Below are positions 1-12,134 of a stretch of DNA of 64,000 bases, piece by piece (within the stretch, counting starts at the first letter, position 1; every line of letters starts with the position of its first letter). This DNA comes from Gonapodya sp. JEL0774 (taxonomy: Eukaryota): assembly GCA_027604505.1 (NCBI GenBank), contig JADIIX010000013.1:124001-188000 (forward strand). The letters run 5' to 3'. Position numbers and translations under genes: made by a program. The notes below the pieces were generated by a model. It saw nothing but the letters and a program-made list of their open reading frames with translations. It was not told the origin of the DNA and ran no database searches.

Positions 1-599
1 GTTTGTGGGTGTGGTTGTCTGATTGTTCTTCTCATGACCGTCGGTTTCCACCGTTGACTACAGAGCCTTTCATAGATTGTGGGTACATGAGACAATTTTC
101 CAATGATCTACGCAAGAGTGCAGCCGCAACACCCGATCCGTCAACGTTCAATGGAGTTAAAAGGCAATCCGTGAGGACAGGCAATATTGCGAAAACTGCA
201 GAGATGACCAACAATGATAATGCATAAGGGGTTGCATAATATCGGCAGAAAGGGAGCTGAAGGGGGGTCAGATATTATGGACCATGTATTTTCTGGGCAG
301 AAGCCCGGAAGGGCTCCTAACTCCACGCTTGCAGAATACAAAAGAAGAATCACAGAAACTGGGAAAAATAAAACATGGACCAAAAAAAAAGAGGAAACAA
401 ATAGACAGGGAAAGGGATGAGGAACTTGGCACACGAGATTGAGAACCCTTTGTGCCTGTGTGGGTGGTGTGCCGAGTTGGTCACAGTGAGCGGATTTGAG
501 CCCCTCGATTTGGAAAAAAAGGGGCACGTCATGGGAACACAGCAGGGATCGCGGGCACGGGCAGGGCAGAGAGACAGAGCAAGGAGTAGGAGAATTGTG

Positions 600-845
600 G
601 TGGGTGTGATGGATTGGAGGGGGGGGGGGGGAAGGGTGGAAGGATGGGCAGAGGGGGATGTGGGAATGGGGCGAATGGGGAATGGGGGCATGGGGGAAGG
701 GGGGTGGATCGGGGAGTGTGGGAGTGTGGGAGTGGTGTGATGGGAAGGGAGATGGGAGATGGGAAGGGAGATGGGAGATGGGGGGGATGGGAAGGGCAGA
801 GTGGGCAGATGGGGCAGGAGAGGGGAGTGGGACGGACACAGAGTG
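600..845 (+). repeat. G-rich low-complexity tract (GGGA/GATGGGA-like units, G12 run) with G-quadruplex potential
   Basis: Many GGG runs, for example gatgggagatgggaagggagatgggagatggggggg, directly upstream of the ATG at 868. Confidence 0.7.
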
Positions 846-867
846 ACTGACTGACCCCACACCCCCC

Positions 868-3205
868 ATGCAACCACAGGCATCATCAGATTCAGCGGAC
901 ATGGACACACAAACACACAGACGGGGGGGACTGGGCAGAGGACGGGGACACCCAGACCCACACTCCCCACTCCGACACTCCCCTCTCCTTCTCCCTCTCC
1001 CTCTCCCTCTCCCTCTCCCCACCCTCCTCCTCCCCTCTCTCCTCCTCCTCCTCCTCCTCCCTTCCGCCCTCGCCCAGGGAACTCTCACAAACACCGGCTG
1101 CTTCTGCACTTCTCAGTGCTACACGGGCCTGGTCACAACTCTGCCTGTACGTTGTTCTTTGCTCCCCGCATCCACCCTCCCTCCCTCTGCCCCATCTCCT
1201 CTCCCTTCTCACCTCTCTCCTCTTTATACCTCTCTTACCCCCACTCCTCACCCCCCTCTTATCTCACCCCCACTCCTCACCCCCTCTTTATACCTCTCTC
1301 ACCCCCACAACCACCCTCTCACCTCCCTCCTCTCACTCCCCCTCCCCAACAGTGGTGCTGGGTCACAGCCAGCTCATGCCCCGCAACTGGGCCCCCTTAC
1401 TTCGACACCAGAGACGGTCTCACTCGTGGCTGGGATGTCTGCATAAACGTGAGTACCCGACCTGACCTGCTCCAGCGTTTTCACCCAGTTATGCGCCGAG
1501 TCGAGTCAGGCCGAGTCAGGCTTGAAGCCGGGAAGCCGGGAGCTGGGAGCCAGGAGCGGTGGACCGTGACCACCCAGTCCGTGCGTGGTTCCTGGTCTGG
1601 TCTCTTTGCCAAATGCCGCCCCCACCCCTTCCCCCCCACCTCCCCCTATTTCTCTCACTCGTTCTCGTACTCGTACTCACCACTCATACTCACACTCTCA
1701 CACACCCCACACCCACACACTCCACCCAGCCCACATCGGTCATCCCCTACCCCTTCCCCCCGCTCACCCCACCCCCACCACCCACCCCGCCGGCGCCGCC
1801 GCCTGCTCCTCCACCACCGCCACCCGTGGACCCGCCACCCCCGCCCCCGCCCCCGCCTCCTCCACCAGTGGACACCACACCGCCTCCACCGCCTCCACCA
1901 CCGGTCGACACCACACCTCCTCCTCCTCCTCCTCCTCCTCCTCCTCCTCCACCGGTCGACACCACACCGCCACCGCCACCCCCACCGCCACCCCCACCCG
2001 CGACCGACTCCGCAGGCCAACCCATCCCCACGGGCGTCGTCCCACCACCTCCCCCGCCAGCGGTGGCCACAGACTCTGCGGGCAACCCTGTGACGGGGTC
2101 GGCGGGGGCGGGTGGGAGTGTGACGGTGACGGTGACAGACTCTGCCGGGAATATAGTGACGGTGACGGGGACGGGGACGGGTACAGTGACGGGGGGTGGG
2201 ACGGCGACGGTGACAGGGACGGTGCCTGTGGTGACGGACTCGGCGGGGAACATTGTCACGACGGGCACGGGCACGGGGAGTGCCACGGGGACGGGAACGG
2301 GAACGGCGACGGCGGGCGGGACGGGCACCCCCACCGCCACCGCCACGGCCTCGTCCGACCCCACCTCCCTCTCCACCGCCACTCCCGAATCCGCATCCTC
2401 CTCCTCCAACCCCGTCTCGGGGTACGCCCTGAACGCCATCACCTCCCTCTCCCCGCCCGTCCTGGGCACGATCCTCGCCCTGGCCGTCCTCGCCCTCATC
2501 CTCCTCCTCTGCTGCTGCGACGCGTGTCTCAGAGCCCGCAGACGGAGGGTCAGGGAGGAGACCGCAGCGTCGTTGGCCCTGGTGGCGGGGACGGGCAAGG
2601 CGGGGAGAAAGGGAGGCGCGGCGGGGAAACAGGGCACCGGCGGCGGAGGCGGGGGGGACCCAGACGAGTACGACCCGGCGCTCAGGTACGATGACGATGG
2701 GCGGCCCGCCTACGTGCAGGAGGATGATCGTGCGCTGGCCTACCGCGCTCCTGGGTCCCGCTACGCCGCACAAGCCGCCGAGGCGTCCGACCCAAACAGT
2801 CCCATGGGACCCGACCTGTGGCGACGGTACCAGGCCCAGCAGGACAGCGGGGCGTGGAGCGGCAGTGGCACCACATCGTCCCGCGTGCGAGGCAGACCTA
2901 CCCAGTTCCCCCCCCCGCCGGACACCCCCGAGTCCCCATCGCCCATACCGGCACCCCGGCCCATCCCTATGGTGGTCACCTCCAACGACGACGAGGACCC
3001 GGACCCGGACCCGCGGGCCGGTGCCGGTGCGGGGACGGGAAGTAGGGGGTTTTCCCTCTTCCGCCGCGGCACGGCCGGCACCGTGAGAGGGCCGTACGCG
3101 GATAGGGAACTGAGGGGGGGGGTGGCGAGTCCGGTGCCGCAGTGGTTGAATACGGGGAGGACGCCGACGCCGCAGTGGGGGGTGGGTCAGGGGGGGAGGA
3201 GGTAG
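868..3205 (+). CDS. Type I membrane/cell-surface protein: signal peptide, small Cys/Trp domain, poly-Pro and Thr/Gly stalk, one TM helix, cytoplasmic tail (3 exons)
   Basis: Exons 868-1146, 1353-1448 and 1730-3205 join in frame through GTACGT..CAG and GTGAGT..CAG introns. The Leu-rich signal ends ALA|QG. Then GCFCTSQC...WCWV...C...GWDVC, VDTT(P)n repeats, 4x TDSAG(N/Q), and TM ILALAVLALILLL followed by CCC and RRRR. Confidence 0.8.
1916..1948 (+). repeat. Coding (CCT)n microsatellite (poly-Pro)
   Basis: About 11 uninterrupted CCT units inside exon 3 of the first gene. Confidence 0.9.
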
Positions 3206-4523
3206 AAGCGGGGGGAGGAGGTAGAAGGGGGGGGAGAGGGGGGGAGGGGAGAGATGGTGGGATGGTGGGATGCAGTGGGGGATTGCGGGGAGGTGGTCGG
3301 GGGGCATGAAACCCCGCGGCTCGAGTCTTGTTTCTGTGACCAACTTTGTGTTTGTCCAGGATGACGTTCGCGGAGCCGGTGATTGAAATCCTCCAGAGCG
3401 CCAGCGTCGCGCAGGCAGGCAGCCGCCAAACTTGCAAAAACTCTCTTCGTTTCATTTTTTTCTCTTTTCTTACGTGGACGGTGGACGGTGGACGGATTCC
3501 GTCGGCCTTTCTTTCTTTGCACCGGACTGAGGACTGAGGACTTTGGACTCCTGAGCCCGAGGACTTGTTTCCATCTCTCTCCTGCTTCTCTTGGACGCTC
3601 TTGGACGCTCCTGGGACCCGCAATCAAGTCGATCTCGCCGTGGGTGGAGGCCAGGCTCAACCTTGCAACCTTTGCCCCGTGGGGGGACTTTGTGGAGGCG
3701 TGGTGTGGGGTCCCTGTTTCCCGTTTGCCCCGCACACCCGCACACGCCGAGGACTTTTATTCTTTATTCGGGACTTGATTATTATTATTCCTTTTTATTT
3801 TTTACGGTACGGTTTGGGGTGCAGGTGGCACGGCGGGCGCCTTATGTGACGGACGGACGGACGGGGTGCGGACCATCGAGAGGGCCTGGTGCTCGAGGGT
3901 GGAGCTGCACCCAACCGCTGTGCTTTGGTGTGTGGATGGATCACTGTTGGAGAGACGTTTGTTGCGCCACAACCATCTCCCCACCCCCCGTACGCCCCCT
4001 ACCTTGGGCCTACTCGTTTGTGCAACTGTTGGAGTGGCGGTTGATGGAGAGGGCACCTCGTGCCCTGGAATCCTGCAAACGGTGCAGACGGAGATGGTGA
4101 AACTGGGAGGGAGGTGTGAACATGCTATGCAGACAGAGTTGAATGAACTGAACGTGCAATCTCGTAGAATTTTTTCTTCTTCTTCTTTCGTGTTTTTTTA
4201 CTCCTTGTACTGCAGTACGATATGAGGCGTTGCAGCTGCAAGTAGAATTGCAACACAATACAGTACAGTACGATGTAAGATGCTATCCGAGTGTGTTGGG
4301 AACAGCGAATTTGTTTTGGTGGAGGGATGTGTGGTGTTCGTTGGTTTGGATCAGACAATGAACCGAGGTGAGACACCCACATGCGCCGCCGCGCGGGGGA
4401 ATGCAGGGTCAGTATGTATTGTGTTCGCTTCGTGGCATCGTGTTTGTACAATGGCGCTCCCCCAACGTGTAGTCAAAAACGTCATCCAAACGGGTCCTTT
4501 CAGATCTTCACAACCGCAGCCCT

Positions 4524-5819
4524 CTAGTCGTAATCCTCCTCGTCCAACCCCATATCCCCCGCGCCCACCTGCCCCACTACCTGCTGCTGCTGTTGCTGCA
4601 GTCCCACGTCGACCGTGACCGCCCCTTCCACCTCAGGCATCCTCACGTCCCCGTCGTCCTCGTCCACGTCGTCCTCTTCGCCCAAGTCCGGGTCGTCGTC
4701 GTCTTCGGCAGAGTCGGTGTCGCTGTTGGAGGGGCTGGGTGAGGCTTCTCGGGACGAGGGGGACGCGCTGGCCTCGGCGGCCGTGGTGGGGTGGTGGGGT
4801 TCGGCGTTTTTGCGCTTGATGTGGATTTTCTGTGGTTTGGGGGGATCGGTGAGTGTGGGGCAGCTCGATACTAAAAAGATATAGTGGTACGACAAGAAAC
4901 TGTCGTAGCGGCATGACCCTTCCATTCCGATGTTGACTCGATGTAGATTCAAGTCCTTCTCTGGCAAGCTGAAATGTTGATTGTATCCTTCTACCAAGCC
5001 AATATACTTTATGGACTTCTCAGAGATATTCGATTTCTTATCAACCCGTTCGCTAATCAGAGACGCGCACAACAATGCTGCTCCAAAGCGTCTCCATTGA
5101 TTCGAAGAACAACTCTTAGGCAAGAGGGGTGTTCGCCAGTAACACCCAATACCACGGACCTTGGGTACAATCCGGAAGTTTGGGTGTGTAAGGAGGAAGT
5201 TTGCTGGAGGGAGGCGAGGACCAAATCGCTCGCCTACGGGGGGAAGTGGGACGCTGTTTCGTTTGTCGGCAATCTCGGATAAGAACTTCATTGGTACATG
5301 TCCACCGCACCAGGTGGGGCAAAGTCAAGAAGGCGAAGAATGTGAACAACGAGCACGGCATTGCACTAGTAAGAACAATTGACTCGCGCACTTCTCGTGT
5401 AGGTGGGGTGGTGAAGGAATGACTCGTTCGAGCGTCCACGGCGAGTTTCACGTCAGCTTCCTTAACCTCAGTTCGACCAGCATGGGCTGCAAACTCATGG
5501 GAGTCTTGTAAGATTTCCACAGCATATCCTAGAAGGGTGGTGGTGAAGAGGGCACCCGACCAGTTCCACCGAACAGCGAGCATGCAGAGAGCCAATAGAT
5601 TCAGACGACCGAGAAGCAGAGCAAAATGCATTGTCTTAAAATGGCAACAGGTTGTGTGGATTTTCGTGAAGAACTTTCCAACATACGATATGCAAACTCG
5701 AGCAGCATGTAGACCGTTCGCGAATCCGCCCGCGCACCCATCGATCTGAGAATCGATTCCACAGCCTTTACATCGTTCGGTCGATCGGAGGGCCCAGATT
5801 GATTTGCTTGAGAGGCCAT
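4524..5819 (-). CDS. TAF9: TFIID subunit 9 (histone-fold TAF), multi-exon, with an acidic C-terminal tail
   Basis: Spliced peptides PNDVKAVESILRSMG..TVYMLLEFAY / YAVEILQDS..A.HAGR..V..ADVKLAV..R..HSFTTPPTRE / FLSEIADKRNSVPLP..GPRLPP..LT.PNF match the TFIID-31kDa family. Confidence 0.93.
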
Positions 5820-6001
5820 TGTTGATGATGCACAGTGTACCAAACCCAAATACCCGAGCAAGACCTTCGGAAAATGGTGTTTACAGGTGTTTCCCGGGCC
5901 ATTTGCAAACGATGCTGTAAAATTGCTGTTGTAAGTGCATATTTTATATGGCTCTTGCTAGGTGCCTATAGTAAGTTTGGGATAACGTCCCCTCTTGGGT
6001 G

Positions 6002-8323
6002 CTAGTTCTCCTCGGTTCCGTTGACTTTCTCACCGGCCTTCTCGACAACGGCAGGCGCGGGCTCGGGCTCGACCACGACCTTCTCGTCCTTATCCGCCTC
6101 CATCTCCGCGCGAAGCTTCCTGATCTTCTCTTCGGCCTTCCGCTTGTTCTCCTCGGTTTGCTTGGCCTGGCTCTCGAGGTACTGGAGTGTGCAGAGCGAA
6201 GATCCAATCAACAATTGCAATGGGTGGGGTATCATTTTCGGCCGAGCTTAATATACTCACGTGAGTTTTCTTCTCAGTCAGACTTTTCACCGTTTCTTCA
6301 ACCTGGTCGTACCCGGCGGGCGGATCGATTCCCTCCTTGAACAGAGATTCCATTACAGCCATATCCAGCTTAAGCGGGCCCTGCCTGACCTTGGGACCAC
6401 CAGAGCGCTTTTTGGAAGTCGAGCCCTTGGCCTTTCCAAGGAAAAAGAGGTCCTCGTCCATTCGGTCTGCTTTGGATTTAAGTAGCTTTCCTCCGTCAAC
6501 TTTGCCCGCGTTGCCGCGAGCAGGGCTGGCAGTTTGAGAGGAGCTGGGGCTACCGTTGGTTGCAGATGTGGCTGGGGACTCCTCGGGCTTCTCCACATAT
6601 TGTTGGAAGAAGGTGATGAGGTTTGACAGTGTGTTTATCTGGAACACGACAAGAAATTGGGAAAATGTCAATATCTGCAGTCCCCGTGCGGAGTGGAAAG
6701 GGAACAACGTCAACACACGAACCTCATCCTGGAATGCCGGAATCTCAGCGAGTTCCCTCTCCCTTTCCGCTTCCGCAGCAAGCCTCTCACGTTTGTACTC
6801 GAGCTGCCGGCGCTTGGCTTCCTCGGCCTTACGCTTCCGCTCCTCTTGAAGGTGATTGTAGAACCTTTCAGGGTCACACAAAACGAAACTTGAGATGGGC
6901 AACTTGACAGAGGTTTTGGTGAACCCTCAACTCACTCTTCCTTCTGCTTTCGAAACGCCTCCTGCACTTCCTTCCGTCGGTTGAACTCGGTTTCAAGTTC
7001 CTTCTGGATGGCATTGCGTTCGTTGTAGATTTCGTTGAGGCGCGAAAACTCAACCTCCTTGTCCTTGTCGAGCGCAGCAATCTGAGCGCTAAGTGCAGTG
7101 TACTGCTCCTCAAATGCTGCACGCTGGGGATCGAAAGCCTCGAGCTGCTTGCTGTAACCGTGTGTGAGCCCGTTGGTACTTCTGAGGCGAAGCCGATCTC
7201 CCATTACTTACCTCAGCTCCTCTGCAATCCTCTTGTCCTCGTCCAAACCCTCTTGCTGTCCGGAGAAAGTTTCCACCACCTTACGAGCTTTCTTGAGTTG
7301 GGAGATTTCCTGGACGAGTCGCTTCTCCTCAATAAGTTTGTGAGATTGGGACTCGAGTTGGGCCTCAAGTGCACGGACTTGGCGGTCAATGTCAGCGAGA
7401 GAGCGGAATTGAAGCTTGTCTTTCGCGGATTTGATTTCGTCAGTCTGCATGGAGATGCGAAGGTCAGTCGCACCATCGAACGGTAAGGATGAGTTCAGGC
7501 TCTTCAACAGCCGCCTGATGGCACAACTCAAACCCCGTAAACTCCATCTGACCACCCAGCTTCAGGTGTAACCTGAGGAAATTCCCTACCAGTCGCCTAC
7601 GGACTACCAGAACAGACACACTTCCCACAGCAATCCGACAAGACTCACCTTCCGTTTGATGTTGTTTCGGACATCTTTCAGTTTGTCCAAAATCTTAGTA
7701 CGACTTTACATTGAATGTGAAAGAAAGAGTCGAAAAATGAGTGCCGTCACCGCCAGCATCAATTCTTTCATACCTGTTCCGTATCTCCTGTTGCTGTTTC
7801 CGAATTTCGCTCAGCTGGTTCCTGAGCTCTTGACGCCGCGAGTCAGTTTTGCCCTTGTTGTTGTCATTATTGCCCAGGGATTCGCGGATAGCGCCCTGAT
7901 AGTTGACGGCATGCAGTTAGAGGCCGGGGAACCAGAGAGGAACACGACCGCCACAAGGAGAAATTCCACAACAATTAATCCAGTTGCTCAAGAATCATTA
8001 TGTTGCCGGTCCGACTTCATCTGGCACACGTCTTGACTGCCTCACACCATGTCCAGGCGGTAGTGGCAGGAACGTTTGAGCAACTCACCAGCTTCTTCTT
8101 GAGGTCCTCAATTCGCTATATCATTTGAGATTACATAGAGAAGAACAAGCTCTGAGCATAAACGGTGGTATTCTCTCGCAATCGCCATTCCAGAATGGCT
8201 CAAAAATCGCCAACACACCTGATTAATCTCATTCATCAGGGCGTTGTAGGCATCCTGGTCGGGCCGGGCAGGTCCCTTTCGATGAGAAGATGGTCGAGGC
8301 TCGGGAGTTGCTACGTCGGCCAT
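6002..8323 (-). CDS. BFR1: Bfr1-like coiled-coil mRNP/nuclear segregation protein, multi-exon
   Basis: N-terminal RPDQDAY, then FRSLADIDRQVRALEAQLES...LIEEKRLVQEISQLKKARK, PAFQDE, and a K-rich segment after DEDLFF, all typical of fungal Bfr1. GT-AG introns link the fragments. Confidence 0.8.
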
Positions 8324-8421
8324 GGTGGGTAAAGTGGGAAGAAGGTGAAGAGAAGAATGTGTCGTGGATCTCACCATCGGAACCCAAAAGTGGCGCCAAC
8401 CAATGTTACTTTATTGAAGTC

Positions 8422-9676
8422 TCACACCAAAGATTCTACTGCGCTTCTGAAGCGCTTCTGAAAAAATACAACACCATTTTCTCTCTCTGGATGGAGCTGT
8501 CCAGGTTGCCAGATTCCATTTCCAATGTTTCGCTGGGCACCCAACGCGAGTTCAATATCCTCACCCACGACAGCTCGCAGCGAAGAATAGAATGCAGCTT
8601 TATCCTCGTCGGAGACCGTATTGCGAACAAATATCTAGAGGCAATGGAGATCATATAATGATAGGTAGCGTTGGAGAATCATAAGATCGAACCTGAAACA
8701 CCAGTACAGTCTTCGTGGGAGAGATGGGTCTCAGTATCGTACATGACACTGCATTTTCATAGATGGAAATGGCTGCGTTGGGCCACAGGCAGAGCCAACA
8801 ACCCTCTGCCTGACCTAAACCGGACCCAGGTTTATTCTGGTCCTTCCGAGCACAAAAATGACTCGAGTAGCTCCGATGGTTAGTAATTTTAAAAGTCTTC
8901 AAGTCATAAGCGCTGAGTGTTACGGGGTGGGATGTCTGTTGGCGAGTTCTGATTCATCGGAAGTGGTTCATCTTGGATGTGATGAATAGACAATGCTCAC
9001 TGGACAATGATAACATTCATTGTAGTTGTCTTGATACGTCTTCCAATTGATTTCCTCCGCCACGGAGTATTCGGAGTCGCTTATCGAAGAACTCATGAAG
9101 TACGGTAATTCAAACGCACACTTCAAATGCACTCACAATCTCCAATCATTCGGATCAAAGTTTGTCTGGCATATCTCTTCGTCCAGGTCAGCATAGAACT
9201 CGGCAAACGGCGGTGGACTAGCGGCCGGACAGGCGAAAATGAAGCCCTGTGAGGTTTTGTGCAAGGCCATTGGAACACCATCACAAAGTCCAACTAGTAA
9301 GCCAAGTTGGTTGACAGAGATCGTGAGGTTGCGTCTTCGATGACCGTGTGGGTTTTGTATACCGGTGGCAGAAGATTGACGACCATAAAAAGACTCCGAG
9401 TTGAATCTTCCATACTTGCGACAACTGGCAGAGACCCGAAGGCCGGACATACCCGGCAATCTCCATATGAAATTCCCCTTCGGCGTCGATTCTTAATTGA
9501 TGTGTGCAGTAGAGCCACGAGTTCAAGAAAATGGTGTGTTTCTCAGCATGAAATATGTCTGGGGAGATATAAAACTGCAGATCGACAACAAGGAAAAGAT
9601 TCGTACCGACGATCGACAGCAGAGAAAACGACGCAATCGGACCCACCTTTGCTGGAAGGTTGCGGATCACAGTCAT
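8422..9676 (-). CDS. Ring-hydroxylating/choline-monooxygenase-like Rieske oxygenase alpha subunit; Rieske domain degenerate (possible pseudogene)
   Basis: LPAK|FYISPDIFHAEKHTIFLNSW at the N-terminus. Catalytic-domain motifs NWKTYQDNYNECYHCP|TSHP, LWPN and EDIELALGAQRN..G.LHPERENGVVFFQ are intact. No CxH...CxxH Rieske ligands in any single frame of 9270-9450. Confidence 0.72.
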
Positions 9677-9735
9677 CGCGAGCTTGTTGTTATGTGTGGA
9701 GCGTGAGCGGAGTTGTGAACCGATGATGACTCTGT

Positions 9736-11718
9736 ATGCAACCCCTTCCCCCAACCTTCCGATCAAATCTGCATATCTCATCATTCTCAAGGAAACGCGC
9801 AAACACCGCGATGATTTCCACGCACGGCATCCCGCCATTCTCTCCTCCACGGATCGCTAATTCAACATCCAGGCACCCCTCATCTCCACGCGTTCCCGCT
9901 CCCCCACATCCTGTTTCTGGCCAATCCACAGCCTTCGCTCCTCCCTACACCCCCGCCGACTCTCTCGCTCTTCTTACTTTCTCATCTAACCACTCATCGG
10001 CTGAATCCATCGCCATACCGCCACAACCCACGCTCTCGGACCTTCGGTTGTGTCATGTCTGCGGGAGACACGTGTCGAAATTCTCGCTCGCAAACCATCA
10101 GCAGAGGTGTGTACCAAACAGTAGCCACTTGTTTCCTACGCGAATAGTATTGTGGGTTTTGGGTCACGGCCATCAAACTCACCGCACATCCCCCAACTTT
10201 GCTAGGTGCATTCGAAAGACTGTCAGGCGACCCGTTCACCAGGAATCGTCCCTTGGGTCGCATTCGCATAAGCCACAGCAACGCCAAAGCGCTGAGCCTG
10301 CTGTGACTTGTCCATACTGTGCGTTGCAGAGAGATCAATATATGTGGCAAACGCGGATAAGTTGTCTCAACTACCCCGCTCTCTACGATCGTTCTGTCGT
10401 TCAGGCAACTTGACAATACCATCATCAAATACTTCCACGCACCACCTTGTCTGCCGGGGCTACACCTCTTCGCGCCCTCTGGAGTCAGTCCCGCCCGAGT
10501 CCAACAATGGCCTCAGACCAGCACACCAGCCTCCTTCGTTCTCTTCACCGAGACGACCACCTACGCCATCGCTCCGCAGCTCCAACCAACTGCCGCCCTA
10601 CCACCATGCCCATCCTTCGGTACATCCAGACGTGTTGACTTTTTCCGACTCTGAATACCCGAACGATTTGCCGAGCGACCAACAAAGTCCCAGGAGACAT
10701 ACGGGAAGCAGAAATTCCGAAAATGAACATCAACTCCCTTCACGAACATCCGCACAATCATGGCAGGATAACCACGGAGCTCCCGCCTCATACCGTGAAC
10801 ACCTACAGCAACAAAATCACAATCCTCCCACCAATTATTCCACTACCGCACCTCAAACTCTCTTGCCAGCAAATGTCGTCGAAGAAGCCGGTGAAGTAGC
10901 GCTCAACGTCCCTCGCCACCCATGTTCACATTGTGGCCGCCGGTTTTTCCCGGATGCACTTGATCGGCATGAGCCGGTGTGTTCGGGCGCCAAAGCAAAG
11001 AAGCGAGCGGTTTTTGATGCGGCAGTTGCGCGGTCAAAAGGCACCGAGTTCGAAAAGTACGTACTGAAGGAAAAGGAAAAGGAGAAGGAGAAGGACGGAA
11101 TTGGCTCTGGCGGGGGAAAGCTGAAATCACACAGAGATGACGAGGTGAGCTTACATATTTGGAGCGAGTATTATTTAAGAAACCCAAATCATTTTGTGCT
11201 TGATATTCATTCGGAACCGAAGGACTCTGCTGATCCCGCTCCTCCCTCCAAAACCCGAACTTCACCTCCACGCCGAGGCCCTCTATTCATGAAACCGCCC
11301 ACTGAGCAACTTGTTCCGTGCCCTCACTGCCAGCGCACCTTTAGCTCTGACGCAGCAGAACGGCACATACCCTTGTGCTCTGAGCGTGTTGCAAGAGAGC
11401 GGTTAGCTGCCGTGCCTAGCGGTTCGAGGGCTAAAGAAGCGGAGACCAAAGGAGATGCACTCAAGAAGCGCACCGCGTACAAGCCACCCAGTCCGATCAA
11501 GAAGGGAAAAGAGGTGGAGGAACACGAGGCAGAAAGTTATGTGGATAAAGCACCGGAGAAAGTGGTCAAGGGGAGTGTGTTTTGTGTGTGTGGGTCGCGG
11601 TACTCTACTGGACAAGGTGAGTTTTGTCTTGTTGTTTGCATTGGCTTGAAGCATTCAGTCTGATACCCCTAAAATAGCCAAGTTCTGCTTTGATTGCGGA
11701 ACCAGAAGGCACATATAA
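9736..11718 (+). CDS. Multi-C2HC zinc-finger protein (ZC2HC1/FAM164-like)
   Basis: CHVCGR..NHQQR|C, CPY|C..HHLVC, CSHCGRRF..DALDRHEPVC..KKRAVFD, CPHCQRTF..AAERHIPLC, and a terminal FCVCG..|AKFCFDCG zinc ribbon. The start codon is uncertain. Confidence 0.82.
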
Positions 11719-12134
11719 AAATGAAAGAAGGTGATACTAGATTCATCATCCTAAATGCTTGTGCTGCTGGTAGTTTGCATCAAACGAAAAATACGATTAT
11801 TATCTTGTGGACACGTGAATCGACTGGTTCGTTGGACTGCAGATCCCACTGGATTTCATCTCCCCATACCAGCTGGCCCTTTCCTTCATCCCCCGACAAC
11901 AACCACCAGCGAGGTGGGTGGAGAATGCATGTACCAAAGGAGAAGCACCGTCGTGCTGGGGTGTGAGTACGCATGCGGCCCAGAAGTGAATTCAACTATA
12001 CGCCAGTAACATTGTAAAATTCAACAACCAGAATGCATGGAATTTAGTTTTGGTCTTTAATCTTGAAGTGACGATTTCTTTGTATGCAATCAGGCCACAG
12101 AACTCCATCTGGGAATCTCAGCCCTACGAAAATC

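Noticed and set aside
141..3343. Long antisense or alternate-frame ORFs (141-1109, 1655-3343, 1585-2694, 1747-2637)
   Set aside because: These are shadows of GC-rich, stop-poor low-complexity sequence over the real plus-strand gene. The translations show no domain character.
3310..4500. Short ORFs and small direct repeats (ggactga, cttggacgct) in the gap before TAF9
   Set aside because: No recognisable protein, splice pattern or terminal repeats. Probably UTR or intergenic sequence.
7444..7648. Hairpins in a roughly 200-nt BFR1 intron (possible H/ACA snoRNA)
   Set aside because: Stems are present, but I could not place an H box or a terminal ACA. Evidence is insufficient without an Infernal search.
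9270..9290. In-frame TGA in the oxygenase as possible selenocysteine
   Set aside because: It does not align to a conserved Cys, the downstream conserved sequence is in another frame, and no SECIS was identified. Both PDI active sites are ordinary CGHC.
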